Source: Moniliella sp. 'wahieum'
Lineage: Eukaryota
NCBI GenBank assembly: GCA_003971905.1
Contig: RSEE01000032.1
Location: forward strand, 434,001 to 498,000
Reading direction: 5' to 3'
DNA length: 64,000 bases
Under the pieces are notes generated by a model. That model saw only the letters and a program-made list of their open reading frames with translations. It ran no database searches and was not told the DNA's origin. This document shows, piece after piece, positions 49,800-61,820 of the stretch (position 1 is the stretch's first letter; each line of letters starts with the position of its first letter). Position numbers and translations under genes: made by a program.

Positions 49800-52700
49800 T
49801 CATCCTGCGTTCAAATCTGCGATTGGTACCAAGGGGGGGTGGAGGCGGTGGCGGTGGCGGTGGCGGGAGAGAGAGCGGGCAAAGACAGGATAAAGTGAGG
49901 CCGTTGACGGCACCACAAGCTTGTTCAAGTAGCCCCCACCCATCCGTGCCTAGATGCGGTGGTCTGGCCTGCTGCTGTCCCCCTGTTGGGGGCAGTGTCG
50001 ACAAGCCACTCTGTTCGGCGATTGCGCCGCTTGAACTTGAAGTTGAAGCGAGGGAAGGAAATGGGGGACAGCACGGCGAGAACCGTACCAGGTGTTGGCT
50101 GCGATCATGGCAAGACGATGCTGGATTCCAGCCATCCTGCCCCCCGCCGCGGCTATTACGGCCCAGAACAGACGACGGGCCGAGCGAAGAGTATGCATTG
50201 TGCAGCCAAATGCCGAGTGGCGCATGCACTGCCCATCCCCAACTCCGATCCCCCAACTCCGACCCCCCCCCCCCAACCCGATGGCTGGCCCCGTCGCTCG
50301 CATGTAGCGTGCAATCGGCCGTCCCAGCCGCAGCGCCCACCCCGCGAGCGGAGCGGCGCTTAGGCTGGCGGGTGGCCCACTGGCACCCGCCCGTTCGCTG
50401 CGCGCGTTCCAGCCCCCGCCTTGCCCCGCCCTCGGCGTGCGCTGGGAAGAGCGGCATAGAGCCCCCCCGGTGCGGCTGCTGCTGCCGGTCCCACACTCGC
50501 CACGCCCGCAGGTGCCACCGCCGTCTCCCGCGCTGTCCCGCCCCCCTGGCCACCGCCTGCTCCTCTCCCGTGTTCTCTCCCTCCTCCGGCTCCCCATCCG
50601 CATCCGCATCCACATTGGACCGTCGGTGGAACTTGTACACATGCTGGCTCAGCGCATGGCGCGTTGGCCCCGCATAGTTGTTGCACAGCACCACTCGTAG
50701 GGACGTGCGCCAGTGTGGATACGCATGTGCCACGCCAGCGCAGGAGGGGAGCGAACGGTGCGGTTGCAGATCGGACAGGTGACGCCTTCGCCCCCCTTGC
50801 CCTCTGAGCCCATTTTGAAAGACGTGCGGGCGCCCGCGCAGACACACGCGCCCGCTTGCCCCCCGGCCGGCTGATTGCTTCCCCCCGCCCGCGCTCCCGT
50901 CGCAGCAAGGGGAGCAGCCGAGCCAGTGGAAATGTTGCCCTCGTCAGAGACAATGGGTTTGTTGCTTGGGACAGGAGCCGATTTGCGTCGCTCCTTGGCG
51001 TTCTGGTTCTGCTCGCGATGGTGCTTGTAGATGTGCTGGTGAAGAGCATGGCGGGTAGGGCCTGCATACTCGGAGCAGAGCGTACACTGAAACGGTCGAG
51101 GCCCTTGGTGCGTGCGTATGTGCCAAGCTAACGCAGGAGGCGAGCGAACACCTTTCCCACATATAGAACACTTCAACGCAGAACGACCCTCTGCGCCCGC
51201 TGCCGTGGCCATGGCAGCCGTGTCTGCATCAGCGGATTTCCCCGTTCGTTCGCAACGACCGTCGCGGGAGAAGACATTCCAGACAGCCCACTTCCCATTT
51301 GATCCGCACCAGGCACGCCTCGAACGGGCGCGGGACCAGGGGGGGGCATCGGTCCAACGGCAGGCGATTGGAGCTGGTCTTGCCATTGGCATGCAGACGA
51401 GATCGCTTCGTGGGCCGTGCGGATTGCTTAGCACCCCGCTTCGACTTGGCTCCTTGTGCATTGGAAGGAGGTGCGCCGGACACAGAAGCTCCGTCCTCGG
51501 CTAGGGGACGACCTGTAGAATTGCGACTGGGCGCATATGAGCCCGAGTCCACCGCCACCCCTGCGTACGGCGCATTGTTCCTGGCTCGTCCTGCATCCCG
51601 AGAGCCAGGGGCAGACTGAATCGGCCCAGAAGGCTTGGACAGCGATGCTGTCGAGATCGATTTGGGGTTGACCGACGTTACACCTGAACTGATCGAGGTG
51701 AGTGGGGCTGATGCGTCGGTATCACCAACGGAGGAAGAATGATGATGTGCCGAATAGTAGGGCGAAGATGGGACCTGAGACCCCGACTTTGCCCTCGACG
51801 AAGGATGCGGAGCTTGGGCCTGCAGCATTGACATACTGGGCGGCAAGCCAGACGCCGAGACAGCAGGTAGCATACCCGATCCAGCCAACGTCCCTGCCGG
51901 AGGCAAGCTCGGGACCGTGGCTGGTAGGGGGCTAGTTCCTGAAAAAGACGCATCAGGAGATCCCACTGCAGGCGCAGCGCGGGTCTGAGTGCGCCGCCGC
52001 CCGTTTCCCCGTGCAGGCCGTCGCGAAGAAGATGGGGCCGCCGTAGGAGGAAGAGTCGATTCAAGCTGCAGGCCGGTGAAACCAACAGGAGACCCTTGGA
52101 GTCCCACATTTGCGGAAGCAGCCAATCCGGCAGGGGACATGGCTACTTGAGTTGAAGCCATGTCGGGTTGATGGTGTGGCCCGGTGCTGGAAAGGAGATG
52201 GGGTGAAGAGGTGTACATAGGTTGCCCGTATTGGTTGAACTGAGGAGAGTATTGCTGCTGCTGTGCGACTTGGGCCTGGAACTGGGCTTGCATCTGGGCC
52301 TGTGCCTGTGCTTGAGCTTGAGCTTGGGCTTGAACTTGAGCTTGAGCTTGAGCTTGGGCCTGGGCCTGGGCCTGGGCCTGAGCTTGGGCTTGGGCTTGCG
52401 CAGCTTGAGCTTGAACTTGAGCTTGGGCTTGGGCCTGAGCGTCTGCCTGGATTTGAGCTTGGGCTTGGGCTTGAGCCTGAGCGTCTGCCTGGATTTGAGC
52501 TTGGGCTTGGGCTTGAGCCTGGTGTTGTGCATAGTGCTGCTGGTACTGCATCTGAGGCTGGGTATACTGACCGTACGGCAAAGGTTGCGTGTGCTGAGAA
52601 GGGGTGCTTTGGGAAAGGGGAGTATGGGCCTGAGCTTGTGTACCGTGCATCTGGGATGAGAGAGCAGGCGACGCAGCGGGGGGAGGAGACCAACCCCAGG

Positions 52701-53118
52701 TACGGTCAGAGTAACCGCGTTTGGATCGCGAGTCTTCCTCTAGTGACTGGAAGGCAAGCATGGGATCGGTCAGACCCATGTATGTACCCTGTGTGCGGTA
52801 CGACGAATCGGTTCGCGCTGGACGGCCATCGTATCCGCGCACCTCACTCGCCCCCGGAGGCGGAGGGGGGAACGGAGGGATGGGCGGCGTGCTGGACCAG
52901 CGAAGCGGGCCCAGGGCTTGCAGTTTGAGCTTGGGACAAAGCAGAATAGTTGTGTGCTGCTGGATACGTGCCAGCAGTGTTGGCAGCGCCATGGGCGTAG
53001 CCGGGGACAGGAGGCGGGATACCGCTGCTGCTGGTCGTGGCGGGGACGGCGCGTGAATAGGCAGCGGCGGGAAAACGCGGTCGTCACCCGCACGCATTGG
53101 CCAGCGGTCGCGGGACAT
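49800..53118 (-). CDS. C2H2 zinc-finger transcription factor with a poly(QA) tract; 3' end approximate
   Basis: CSICGKGVRSPPALAWHIRTHQGPRPFQCTLCSEYAGPTRHALHQHIYKHH and a second similar pair CPICNRTVRSPPALAWHMRIHTGARPY..LCNNYAGPTRHALSQHVYKFH. Confidence 0.85.
52270..52520 (-). repeat. Coding hexanucleotide repeat encoding (QA)n
   Basis: ttgagc/ttgggc/ctgggc units; includes a duplicated 42-bp QIQADAQAQAQAQA block. Confidence 0.9.
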
Positions 53119-54722
53119 GGATCCACGCGGGGCAGGGTGGGGGGGGGGGTGATCTGGATGGGGGGAGGGGCGAGGAGAGACGCGGGGTGGGACGGCTGGT
53201 GGTGTGGTGGCGGGAGCAGGCGGGAGTGCGCGAGCAGGGGATGGGATGGGAATGCGCGCTGGGCCGCTGAGCCCACGCGCCGAACGCCTGGGTCAGCATC
53301 CACGGCGCACCTGTCGCCCAAGCAAGGCGGCGGGCACCACACAGGCGCCGTGCGGGCGTGAACCATCCACGGACACTCGCCTGGTGCGCTGTCCGAGCGC
53401 CGCGAATAATGTGCTACTTGAGAGCGTGAGGTCTGAGACTTGGAGATGAGGCTTGTTCGAAGGGGCTTGTTTTTAGTAGCAGGCCAAGATGGGTTAAGCC
53501 ATTGAGGCTTCGAGTCTTGAGGAGCTTGAAGCTTTAGGCATGGCGAGGCAGAGTTACATTTACAGGTGGCAACTGGGGGCCTTCCTCGTCACTAGCACTG
53601 GCACTAGCGCCCGGGTGACTATAGTGATGTAGTGACTAGTCAAGCTCAGCGGCTCAAGTGGCTCGTCCAGTTGACTGGTGGCTTCGTGACTACTAGCCAA
53701 GTGACAGTAGTAGTCACAGCCAAGTGACCCCTAGGAGTGGCTACATCACTGGGGAGAACACCCACGGCTAGTTCTCAGGCCGAGGCGGACGCGTTCAACT
53801 AACGTGGAAGCAACACCAATTCCGCCATTGGGCAGTTTGAGTTGTCAGATCATGATGATCGATCAGTTGTGGGGTTACCGGTTACCGGTTGCCGGTTAGT
53901 ACTTCTTAGTGTTTAGCTACTAGTAGCGAGCGAAAACGGGGAGAGGAAGGAGAAGAAGGGCAAGGAAGTAATAACAGAGGGCAGACGAAGCCATGATGTA
54001 TACTGAGGCAGTCTGAGGCTGCGGAAAGGGCGCGTGCCCAGGCCGAAGCCGTGCGCCTCAGGGTTCTGGGGCACAGCGCCCACGCGCGCGCGGCCTTCCC
54101 TTTCTGTCCTTCTCCCTCCTGTGTCGCTACCAGTACCCACTTCCTTACCGCTCCTATCGTCGGGTCTGCTACTAATTACACAGCCGAGTGGTTGCTAGTG
54201 TCAAGCTCAAGCTTCAAGCTTCAAGGAAGCTTCAAGTCCACGGCGCAACAGGGGCATGCCACTGGTATGCCGGCGGCGGGGCTTCCATCCAGGCGGAACG
54301 TGAAGCTTGAAGGCTTTGCTGGCTGTGGCGCTTATATGCGCCCATGCGTGATGGGGGTGGAAAAAGACTGAGAGCACCGCAGTCAGGCTATTTGCTATTT
54401 ATAATGCCCTTGAATTGACATCCCGCACTACTGCCCCAACAATTGGGCTTAGTGTATGTGAGTTGTGAAGCTGAGCGAGCTGAGCGCGCTGAGCACAGAC
54501 CGAGCGTGCAGCACTCGCCCAAGTAAACTTAGTAACTGGTAGCGCCATATATAACGCGCAACGAGGACCAGTGGTAGAGGTGATATAGCCTCTTCTCGAA
54601 TATAATTGCTGTCGGTCGACTGCGCTAAATAAAACTCTAGCTCCGCTTCGGTGCAAGAGCCCCACCACCACTCGCCGCCCCAAGTGGGTTTACTCCGCCC
54701 CCTCCACCACCACCTAGCGGCC

Positions 54723-56101
54723 ATGCTGTGCTCGCCGCAGCAGGCCTTAACGGCTCCCGCGCCGCCCCGTCGCCACCCTCCGTGATTTCATGGCCGTCAC
54801 TCTGGCTCCGCTTGCCGTCACCATCGTCCAAGCGGTTCTTGTCGTCCAGCCGGCATCCCACCTCCGCACGTGGCCCAGCCGCCTGCTCCGCCTGGGCTGG
54901 TTAGCCGTGGCATTGGCGGTCCATGTGGCGGTCGGACTCCACTTGCGCTTTCCCATCCCAGGGCTCAACCAACCCTCCGAGCCTGCTTCCGGCTCTGCCT
55001 TCGGCGCTGGCGTAGCATGGCATTTTGGCTTTGGCGTGCTGCTAGCCCTTAAACGCGTCCCGCCTCTGCTTTGGGCTTTTTCGACCCGCCAGCGCCATAC
55101 GACACACTCCTTCGTCTACGTCGTCTCCTCCTACTAGAACTGACCACAACCCAGACACACCTCTCTTCGTCCTTGCCAGCCGTGGCTGCCACTCCCGGTC
55201 GACCTAGTCTTCATCTGCACCTCGCCCCCGGGACCTGGGTTGCAGGAACTATGCGCAGCCCACGGCGAGTCGGCCAAGAGTCTTCGCCAGCGATTTATTG
55301 TACACCGCATTATCACAGCTGTCACCGTGTGGATTGCATTGGACGTGATCGAGAGTGTGGCGCGCAACCGATGTGTTCCCTCCCTCCAACCCCGGTGTTG
55401 CTGCACCGCTATCAGCGGCCCGGAAGGGTATCTTTGGCGCTTGGGGACCACTTGTTGTCGCTGCGCTCTTTGTCTTGGAGATCAACTGGGCCTTAACATG
55501 CGCGTTTGCTGCGGCAGGGGCTGGCTATTGCTTGCTCTGGTCGAACCCAGACCTTGAACCCTGGCAAAACTGTACCGGCAATGTACGTGCTGGGGCTACG
55601 TCAATTCGAGCACTATGGAATCGCTCTTGGCATCAGCTGCTGCGTGCAACACTGGTAGACCTGGGAGGGCGTCCTCTTGCTTTTCTGGTGCGCAAGTTGG
55701 GCGGGAGCAAACCCTGGCTCAGGCTTCATTCGTTCTGGGTGTCTTCGTGCTCTCGGGTCTCATCCACGAGGTCGGGCATCGTACATGAGCACCTGCTCCC
55801 TGTTGGACCAGCCTCCTGGACCAGCGATGAAGTTTTTCCTTTGGCAAGGAATTGCTTCGGTCACAGAACACGCCATTGCCCACACTGTGGTGGAACCGCG
55901 TTTCGTCTCACATTCCGCATTGGATCCGCGCCACGCTGGGGTGGACCTACACCTACGCCTTCTTAGCCTGGTCAGGCATGGACATGGTCAATTCTTGGTT
56001 CCTCTATGGCTGCTCAGCTGTCAGTCACCACGCGCCATGACGGTGCTCACAAGTCGCCTGCTGCATTGGCTCCCGTTACCCGGTCCTGTTCCTGATGCTT
56101 A
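54723..56101 (+). CDS. Membrane-bound O-acyltransferase, wax-synthase (MBOAT_2) type
   Basis: ATSIRALWNRSWHQLLR, FVLSGLIHE with the catalytic His (shifted frame), KFFLWQGI, LGWTYTYAFLAW; hydrophobic segments. Confidence 0.82.
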
Positions 56102-57959
56102 GCCCTCCGTCTCCTCGTCTCTCTTGTGATGCGTGATGGAGGTGCTGTGGCTTCCCGGGCAGTGGCCTTGGCTGTCCAACATCTCATTGGAAACTGTATG
56201 CATTGCAATTATCTATCTGCCCTCTACTGGGGTACCCGTCGAGGGGGTCGTGAGCAGGCCTTGCTAGGCGCCTGGCTGAGCCAATCAGCTTCTGCTGCAA
56301 CATACCTTCTTAAGGTCAGGGTTTAGAAGAAACGACAGGGACTATGGCAGGGAAGGATCGAGTGTGACCACAACTTTTGATACCAGGAGCTACCACCTTT
56401 TGAGAGCAAAAGCTGGCGACCCATATCACCCTGTTCTATTATGAGGACGGAAGTGATAGGGTGGTAGCAAGACGTTACAGCTATGGTGATCATCTCGACG
56501 ATCTCTATTATCGGAGACTGATGGCACTTTGAACAGGTCCGATTTCGAGTACCTCGCGTCAGGCCTCCGAACGCTGCATCTCAATCATTCGGACGAGTTC
56601 GGTTGGTTTGCATGATGCGTAACCCGCTGCGGTTCCTATATATTTGGAGGGGGTTGAGGCTCAAGGTAAAGTTTGGGGGATTCACGAGCCGCGTAACATT
56701 CTCCTCTTCCTGGTCGATGTTCATGTAGATGGTAAGGAGCGACGCCCCTATGTTGCATACTTATTTGAGTTCTCTAACATGGACTGCTGGACATGGGTAA
56801 ACCCAAGCAGGTGTCATATTCCAGAGGTATAACTGCGAGGAGTAGTAGGGCAGGGGGGCAGAACTCATACGTGCAGAATACGCCGAGTCCCGGTCCAAGC
56901 TCGTCTCCATACTGAGGGTTGGGTCGGTTGTGGGGGCGTTGCTCGGGTGGGGCTGATTCGGCCGCTTGCGGAGAATCCACGGCATCGGTTTGCCTTTGTT
57001 CGGGGGGGGTGGGATGATCCCTTCCTGCTGGGATGGACCCGGTAGATCGGAGCTAGGAATAGAATGATGGGGTAATGAAGGAGCGAGGGCGGGAGGGGGT
57101 GGGGGATTGGGAGCGTCTCACTTGCGGCGGGGGTAGCAGTGGGCATGGATGGCAGCTTGTCCTGCGGAGTGAGTGCAGTCTCTGATGCTGGCTCGTCTGC
57201 ATTGGACGGGGTCCGATTCCAATGATAAAAGGTCCATCCTGCGATGCGGATCAAGTTGACTCCCATTTGGGCGCACAAGGGAATGAGAAAGTTAGGAACG
57301 ACCAAGCTAAAGTTAAGTGCGACAGCCGCCGAGGAAATTTGGGCGGCCAAGATGGAATCGGGAACGAGGAAGAACAACGAAGGCCGTTCATCCTGGAAGA
57401 TGCTGATGCGCCGGGTGTTATCCCAGCTTTGCATGTGCAGAACAGGCGAGACAAAGTACTCGCGTACGCAAAATGCAGGGAAGACGAACACAGACGCATC
57501 GCGTACTGACAGTCTCGCTCGACCCAGGAAGCGGGACGCGAGTACGATAGCTCCCGTACCATAGAAAGACCCTTTGACTACCCGTAGTGCCGCATGAGAG
57601 TCAAAGTCAATCGCCCTGATAGGCTGCGCGTCGAGGGGCGGGTTGCGGGGGCAGTTCCGCAGCGGCGGTGGCGCAGGGGCATGGTGTTGACGTTAATGAC
57701 GAGAAGAGCGAAGGCGCTTAGCGCTTTTCCCGACCAGCCCAGCTTCAAAATAACGTGAATGTTTCAAGGAGGTTTTCAATCCTTCAATATTGCAACGCAC
57801 TGTCCCCTAGGTTCGGCCCACTAATCTGCTAACCTCCAATCCCAAGGCTCTCCTGATGCAAGACGAACCGCTACCATATAAAGAACGATCTATGCTCCAT
57901 CGAAAACAGTTGAGAGAACGTAGCGATTTGGAATGGGCCGGAGGGCGCGCGACGCTGCC

Positions 57960-58267
57960 TTACTGCGTCGTGATCCTGGTCCTGTTCGATGTGAACTGCA
58001 CAGGTGTGTGTGGGGGCTCGGTCAGGTAACGCAGCATTGGGCAGCCCATGGTTGAAGACGTACATGTACTTGTGATCACCTCCAGCGGGTAGCAGCAGTA
58101 AATGCGTTGATCTTCTCCTCAGGTAGAACGGCAGCAAAACCTTTGAGGAAGTCCGAGTCGTATTGCTGACGGATGGACCCGCCCTTGGCCTTAACATCGG
58201 CAATTTCCGCTTCGATGACCGAAGCCGGAGTGTCGGGCTTGAAAACAACCATGTAGGGCTTGCTCAT
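57960..58267 (-). CDS. Peptidase inhibitor I9 (POIA/PBI2-like subtilisin propeptide-type); intron 57996-58063
   Basis: MSKPYMVVFKPDTP..GGSIRQQYDSDFLKGFAAVLP..HIEQDQ..TTQ*. Confidence 0.85.
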
Positions 58268-58875
58268 AGTGAGACGTGCGCTTGAAAAGAGACGGGGAAG
58301 AATGATGGTCGTTGGTGGTTGATGGAGGAGACGAAAGCAGAGCCAGATTGAGCAGCTGTGTGCATCGCAGGCGACTCGCAGTCAAGCACCAGCTGCATCA
58401 TGCATCATGCGACCTGCCATCAGTGACTAGTGAACGATGAGCGTGTGGTCGATGAATCGTGACATCATGCAATTAACGATCGTCTTGTGGGGCTGTCCCA
58501 ATCCACGGGCGGCATCGGGTGCACACAGACCACACCTGCCTCTGAGACTTCATCTGAAGTGCATGGGACATGTGACATGTGACGAGTCAGTGACTTGCGA
58601 TGTGATCGATGGTCGATGATCGATGATCGATGATCCTGGTTCCTGAGTCGGTTCTTGAAACATGCAATTCGAACAATGGCGAGAGAGAGGAGAGGCACCA
58701 AGGCGAACTGGCGAATTGGGAGCGCACGTGACGCGCGTGACGGTACCGAGGGCGCAATCAATTCAGTAACACTGCAACCCTATGACACAAGCCTGATTAT
58801 AAACCTACTTCTTCCCATCCACCCGCCGTTGGGTTGCCCTTGCAATAACACCACTAGCCAGACCAACTGCCCAAC

Positions 58876-59534
58876 ATGTGAGTACTGATCCCGATTCTTA
58901 TGTCCGCTGGGGAGGGGTGTACTACCACCTGAAGGGTGTGCACGGGTATTCAGTTGCTGGCTGCTTGGACTTGTACCCCAACTTTCGATACACCGTCAAC
59001 CTCCCCTATGTCTCCGCCTGGCGAGACCATTCCTAGTCCTAGAATTCGCCATGGACAAGATGAGGACATCGTTATTGACACGGCTCGTGCAGGATTCTTA
59101 CGATGTGCTGAGGCGGCTGCCTCAAGGCCCGCCTGACGTTCAAGAAGTCCTTACTACCGCGGGATTGAGCTCTCGAAGCTGTTGATCTGAGCAACGAGGA
59201 GTTTATGGGCATTGTCCATGCCCGTGCTCGCCGTCGCTTCCCAGCGCGGCTGAAGCGCAAGCCCATGGGTCTCATCAGAAGCTGCGCAAGGCGAAGCAGG
59301 AGGCCCTCCAATGAGAAGCCTGCGCTTGTCAGACGCACCTTCGCAACATGATTGTTGTTCCTGAGATGATTGGCTCCGTGATCGGCATCTACACGGGTAA
59401 AGTTTTCGCCACGGTCGAGATCAAGCCCGAAATGGTGGCCCACTACCTCGGCGAGTTTGCCATGACCTACTTGCCCTCCGCCCATGGTCGTCCCGGCCTC
59501 GCGCCCAGGCGGCCGCTTTATTCCTCTAAAGTAA
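58876..59534 (+). CDS. RPS15: 40S ribosomal protein S15 (uS19); intron about 58879-59091; many indels
   Basis: [68 protein letters not shown]. Confidence 0.93.
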
Positions 59535-60120
59535 ACGTGGAGTCCGATTTCCATCGACTCCGGTTGGAGCACACTTGCCCAACGGGCTTGCATGCTTCCC
59601 CCTGCTGTCATGTACAGCTTATGCCTCTCCCCAAAATGTTGGTCCTATCCCAATCATACAGCCTCTCACCAGCATCTATCTTTGTGCATTAACTTAGATG
59701 CTATTGGAGCACAGCCCATGTCAACTGGAACAGTATGGCATTCATCCCGCTGTACAGAGGATGGATGCCTTCTGAGCCTGATCTACCTAGGAATCGTGTG
59801 CGTGGTTTCATTGAATAGTGGGCAGGTGGGAGAATAGAAAGCACATGGATCGCTTGGCGGGGGTGCAGTCTCGTGATACACTCAGGAAAAGACACACGAG
59901 ATCAAATCGAAGTGGACAGAACCCGAAAGTGGAACAGAGAAATGCAAGAGAAAGACAGGGTGTAGGGGTATTGATGGTGAGGGCGGTGAGGGCGGTGAGG
60001 GCGTTCGTAGTGAGGACCATGGTGTTCGACACTTGCTTCAGTTTGGCGCAACGTGCCTGCAGAAATATCCCATTTCAAGGGGCGGAATGGAGCGGAAAAA
60101 AGGGGGGTAGCTCATTACAA

Positions 60121-61093
60121 ATGGCTGGACGCGGAGAAGACAGGCGCCATGCGGCCGCTCCTCCCGTTGTAGACATCGAGTCGAAGCTGCCTGGCGGCCG
60201 AGGCTCACACCGCTGTCTGCTCGCTGCACCCGACCATCCAATCGGACCAACACCAGTCCAGGGGCCGAGCTGGTCACCCACCATGTGTGCGTGTTCTCCC
60301 TGCCTCTCTCGGCTAGTACTGACCCTTCTCAGCATCTGATTCCTCAACCTCCGCTGCCCGCACGCCCGAGTCGGTCATCAACCCAAAGAATGACACTCCC
60401 TTCCCGGCCAAGTTCCCAGTCATTGACAAGGACCCCCACTTCAACCGTGTCATCAAGTTTTTCCGGGCCTCGGACTATGCTATGTGGGGTGGTATCACTG
60501 CCCTCGTCCCCGGTCTGCTGACTTTCATGGGTGCGTTCCCTCTCGTCTTCCTTGCCACCAACGTGCATGTGCGCTTTCTAATTCTTTCTCTCCACAGAGT
60601 ACATTGACCCCCCTCACGGCGGAACGGGAAGCGTCGATCATTCGTATTGGCTGGTATGGTGCGCTGCTATGGGCTTCTGCTGCGCGTACCAACGTAGTAG
60701 CTGTGCGTATTTTTCCCCTGTTCAGCACGGCTTTAGTGTGGCCACTGACTTGAGCCTCACCCAGACCGCTTCTTTGGCTGGACCGAGAATATTCGTGAAG
60801 TGGCCATGGCTAAGAAGGATGGGCGGATGCCAAATGCCTGGAGGGAAGAAGCCTTGGGGATACCGCGAGACGATCTGTCCCCCGGCTACAGGGTGTTGCT
60901 TTCCGTAACTCGTGTACATGGCCACTTCGCTGAGTTTGTTCCCCTGTTCAACTTCACGAACCATCCTTATCACTTTGCCGACGAAGGACTGGAGGGTATG
61001 TGGCATGATAATTGGCCATGCGGTATGCCGGACGGCCATCGAAGACAGTGCCTGCCCTCCTGTTCAGGCTCGGAATTTGTTCTGTTCTACTGA
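60121..61093 (+). CDS. NADH:ubiquinone oxidoreductase 21 kDa (NUXM-type) accessory subunit, about 3 introns
   Basis: FPVIDKDPHFNRVIKFFRASDY, AYQRSS-RFFGWTENIREV, LQGVAFRNS, PLFNFTNHPYH; GTGCGT..CAG introns near 60287, 60531 and 60703. Confidence 0.85.
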
Positions 61094-61565
61094 GGCCTTC
61101 ATGTTCCCCTTGCCTCTATCCTGAGCGTGTTGGCCTACTTTGTACTGCATCGGAATTTTGAACCATGGGGCAGTGTATTGGAGCTCTGGACAACGGCGGG
61201 GCCAGTGGGAGCGGCTGCAGTGAGAAGAAACAACGGGAATGCGAAGGCCAGCTGTGGCAGGCGCGAGCGCCACCCTCCAAGTGATTGCCAGCGTATAGTG
61301 AGTGCTCCGACTGAGCAGAAACTGCGCTCAACACGCCGCGGCGTGCTGGCTGGCACAATCTAGGTCGGCTGCTCGGCCCCACTTGGAGAGCGAAGTGGCA
61401 GGGTGAGCGATGCTAGTGGCGCCTACGACCCCTGGGCGCTGGGCGGAATTGATAGATCGCTGGCTGAGCCACGCTGTACCAGTGCTGTATCGTCAGCACA
61501 TGCAGATCGGTGAGGGGGTCGGTGACAGATAGACACGCCTTGCCAGCGCTGAGGCGCTGAGGTCC

Positions 61566-61670
61566 GCCTGGTGCTGCCTGGTGCTGCCTGGTGCTGCCTG
61601 GTGCTGCCTGGCCCTGTCCGAGGCTCAGCCGCGGGGTGTATGGCCTATGGCCTGTGGCCTGTGGCCTGTG
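61566..61670. repeat. 10-bp (gcctggtgct, about 4.5 copies) and 7-bp (tggcctR) tandem repeats upstream of the CreC-like gene
   Basis: Read directly from the sequence. Confidence 0.85.
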
Positions 61671-61820
61671 CCCTGCGGGCGGCTGCGGCTGCTGTTGCGC
61701 ACCAGCTGGCGTCACCGGCACCCTCCTCCCTTCGCCTGCCAACCTCAAACGTCCCCCCACCATCTCGGTTGCGCTGCTGCTCCTCCTGTGCTTGCTGCCC
61801 CCACCACCTCATCATTGGCC

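Noticed and set aside
52061..52928. ORFs with ELGLGL, LSLGLG or KPKLKL repeats
   Set aside because: Alternative-frame and antisense shadows of the poly(QA) tract.
47004..56101. Secondary-metabolite cluster (transcription factors plus acyltransferase)
   Set aside because: No backbone enzyme (PKS, NRPS, terpene synthase, glycosyltransferase) in the window; the neighbours are housekeeping genes.
56761..57564. Overlapping ORFs of 95-208 aa as a gene
   Set aside because: No recognisable domain or clear splice structure; the strand could not be decided.
58879..59091. Intronic snoRNA in the relatively long RPS15 intron
   Set aside because: No convincing paired C/D or H/ACA boxes seen; would need an Infernal/Rfam search.
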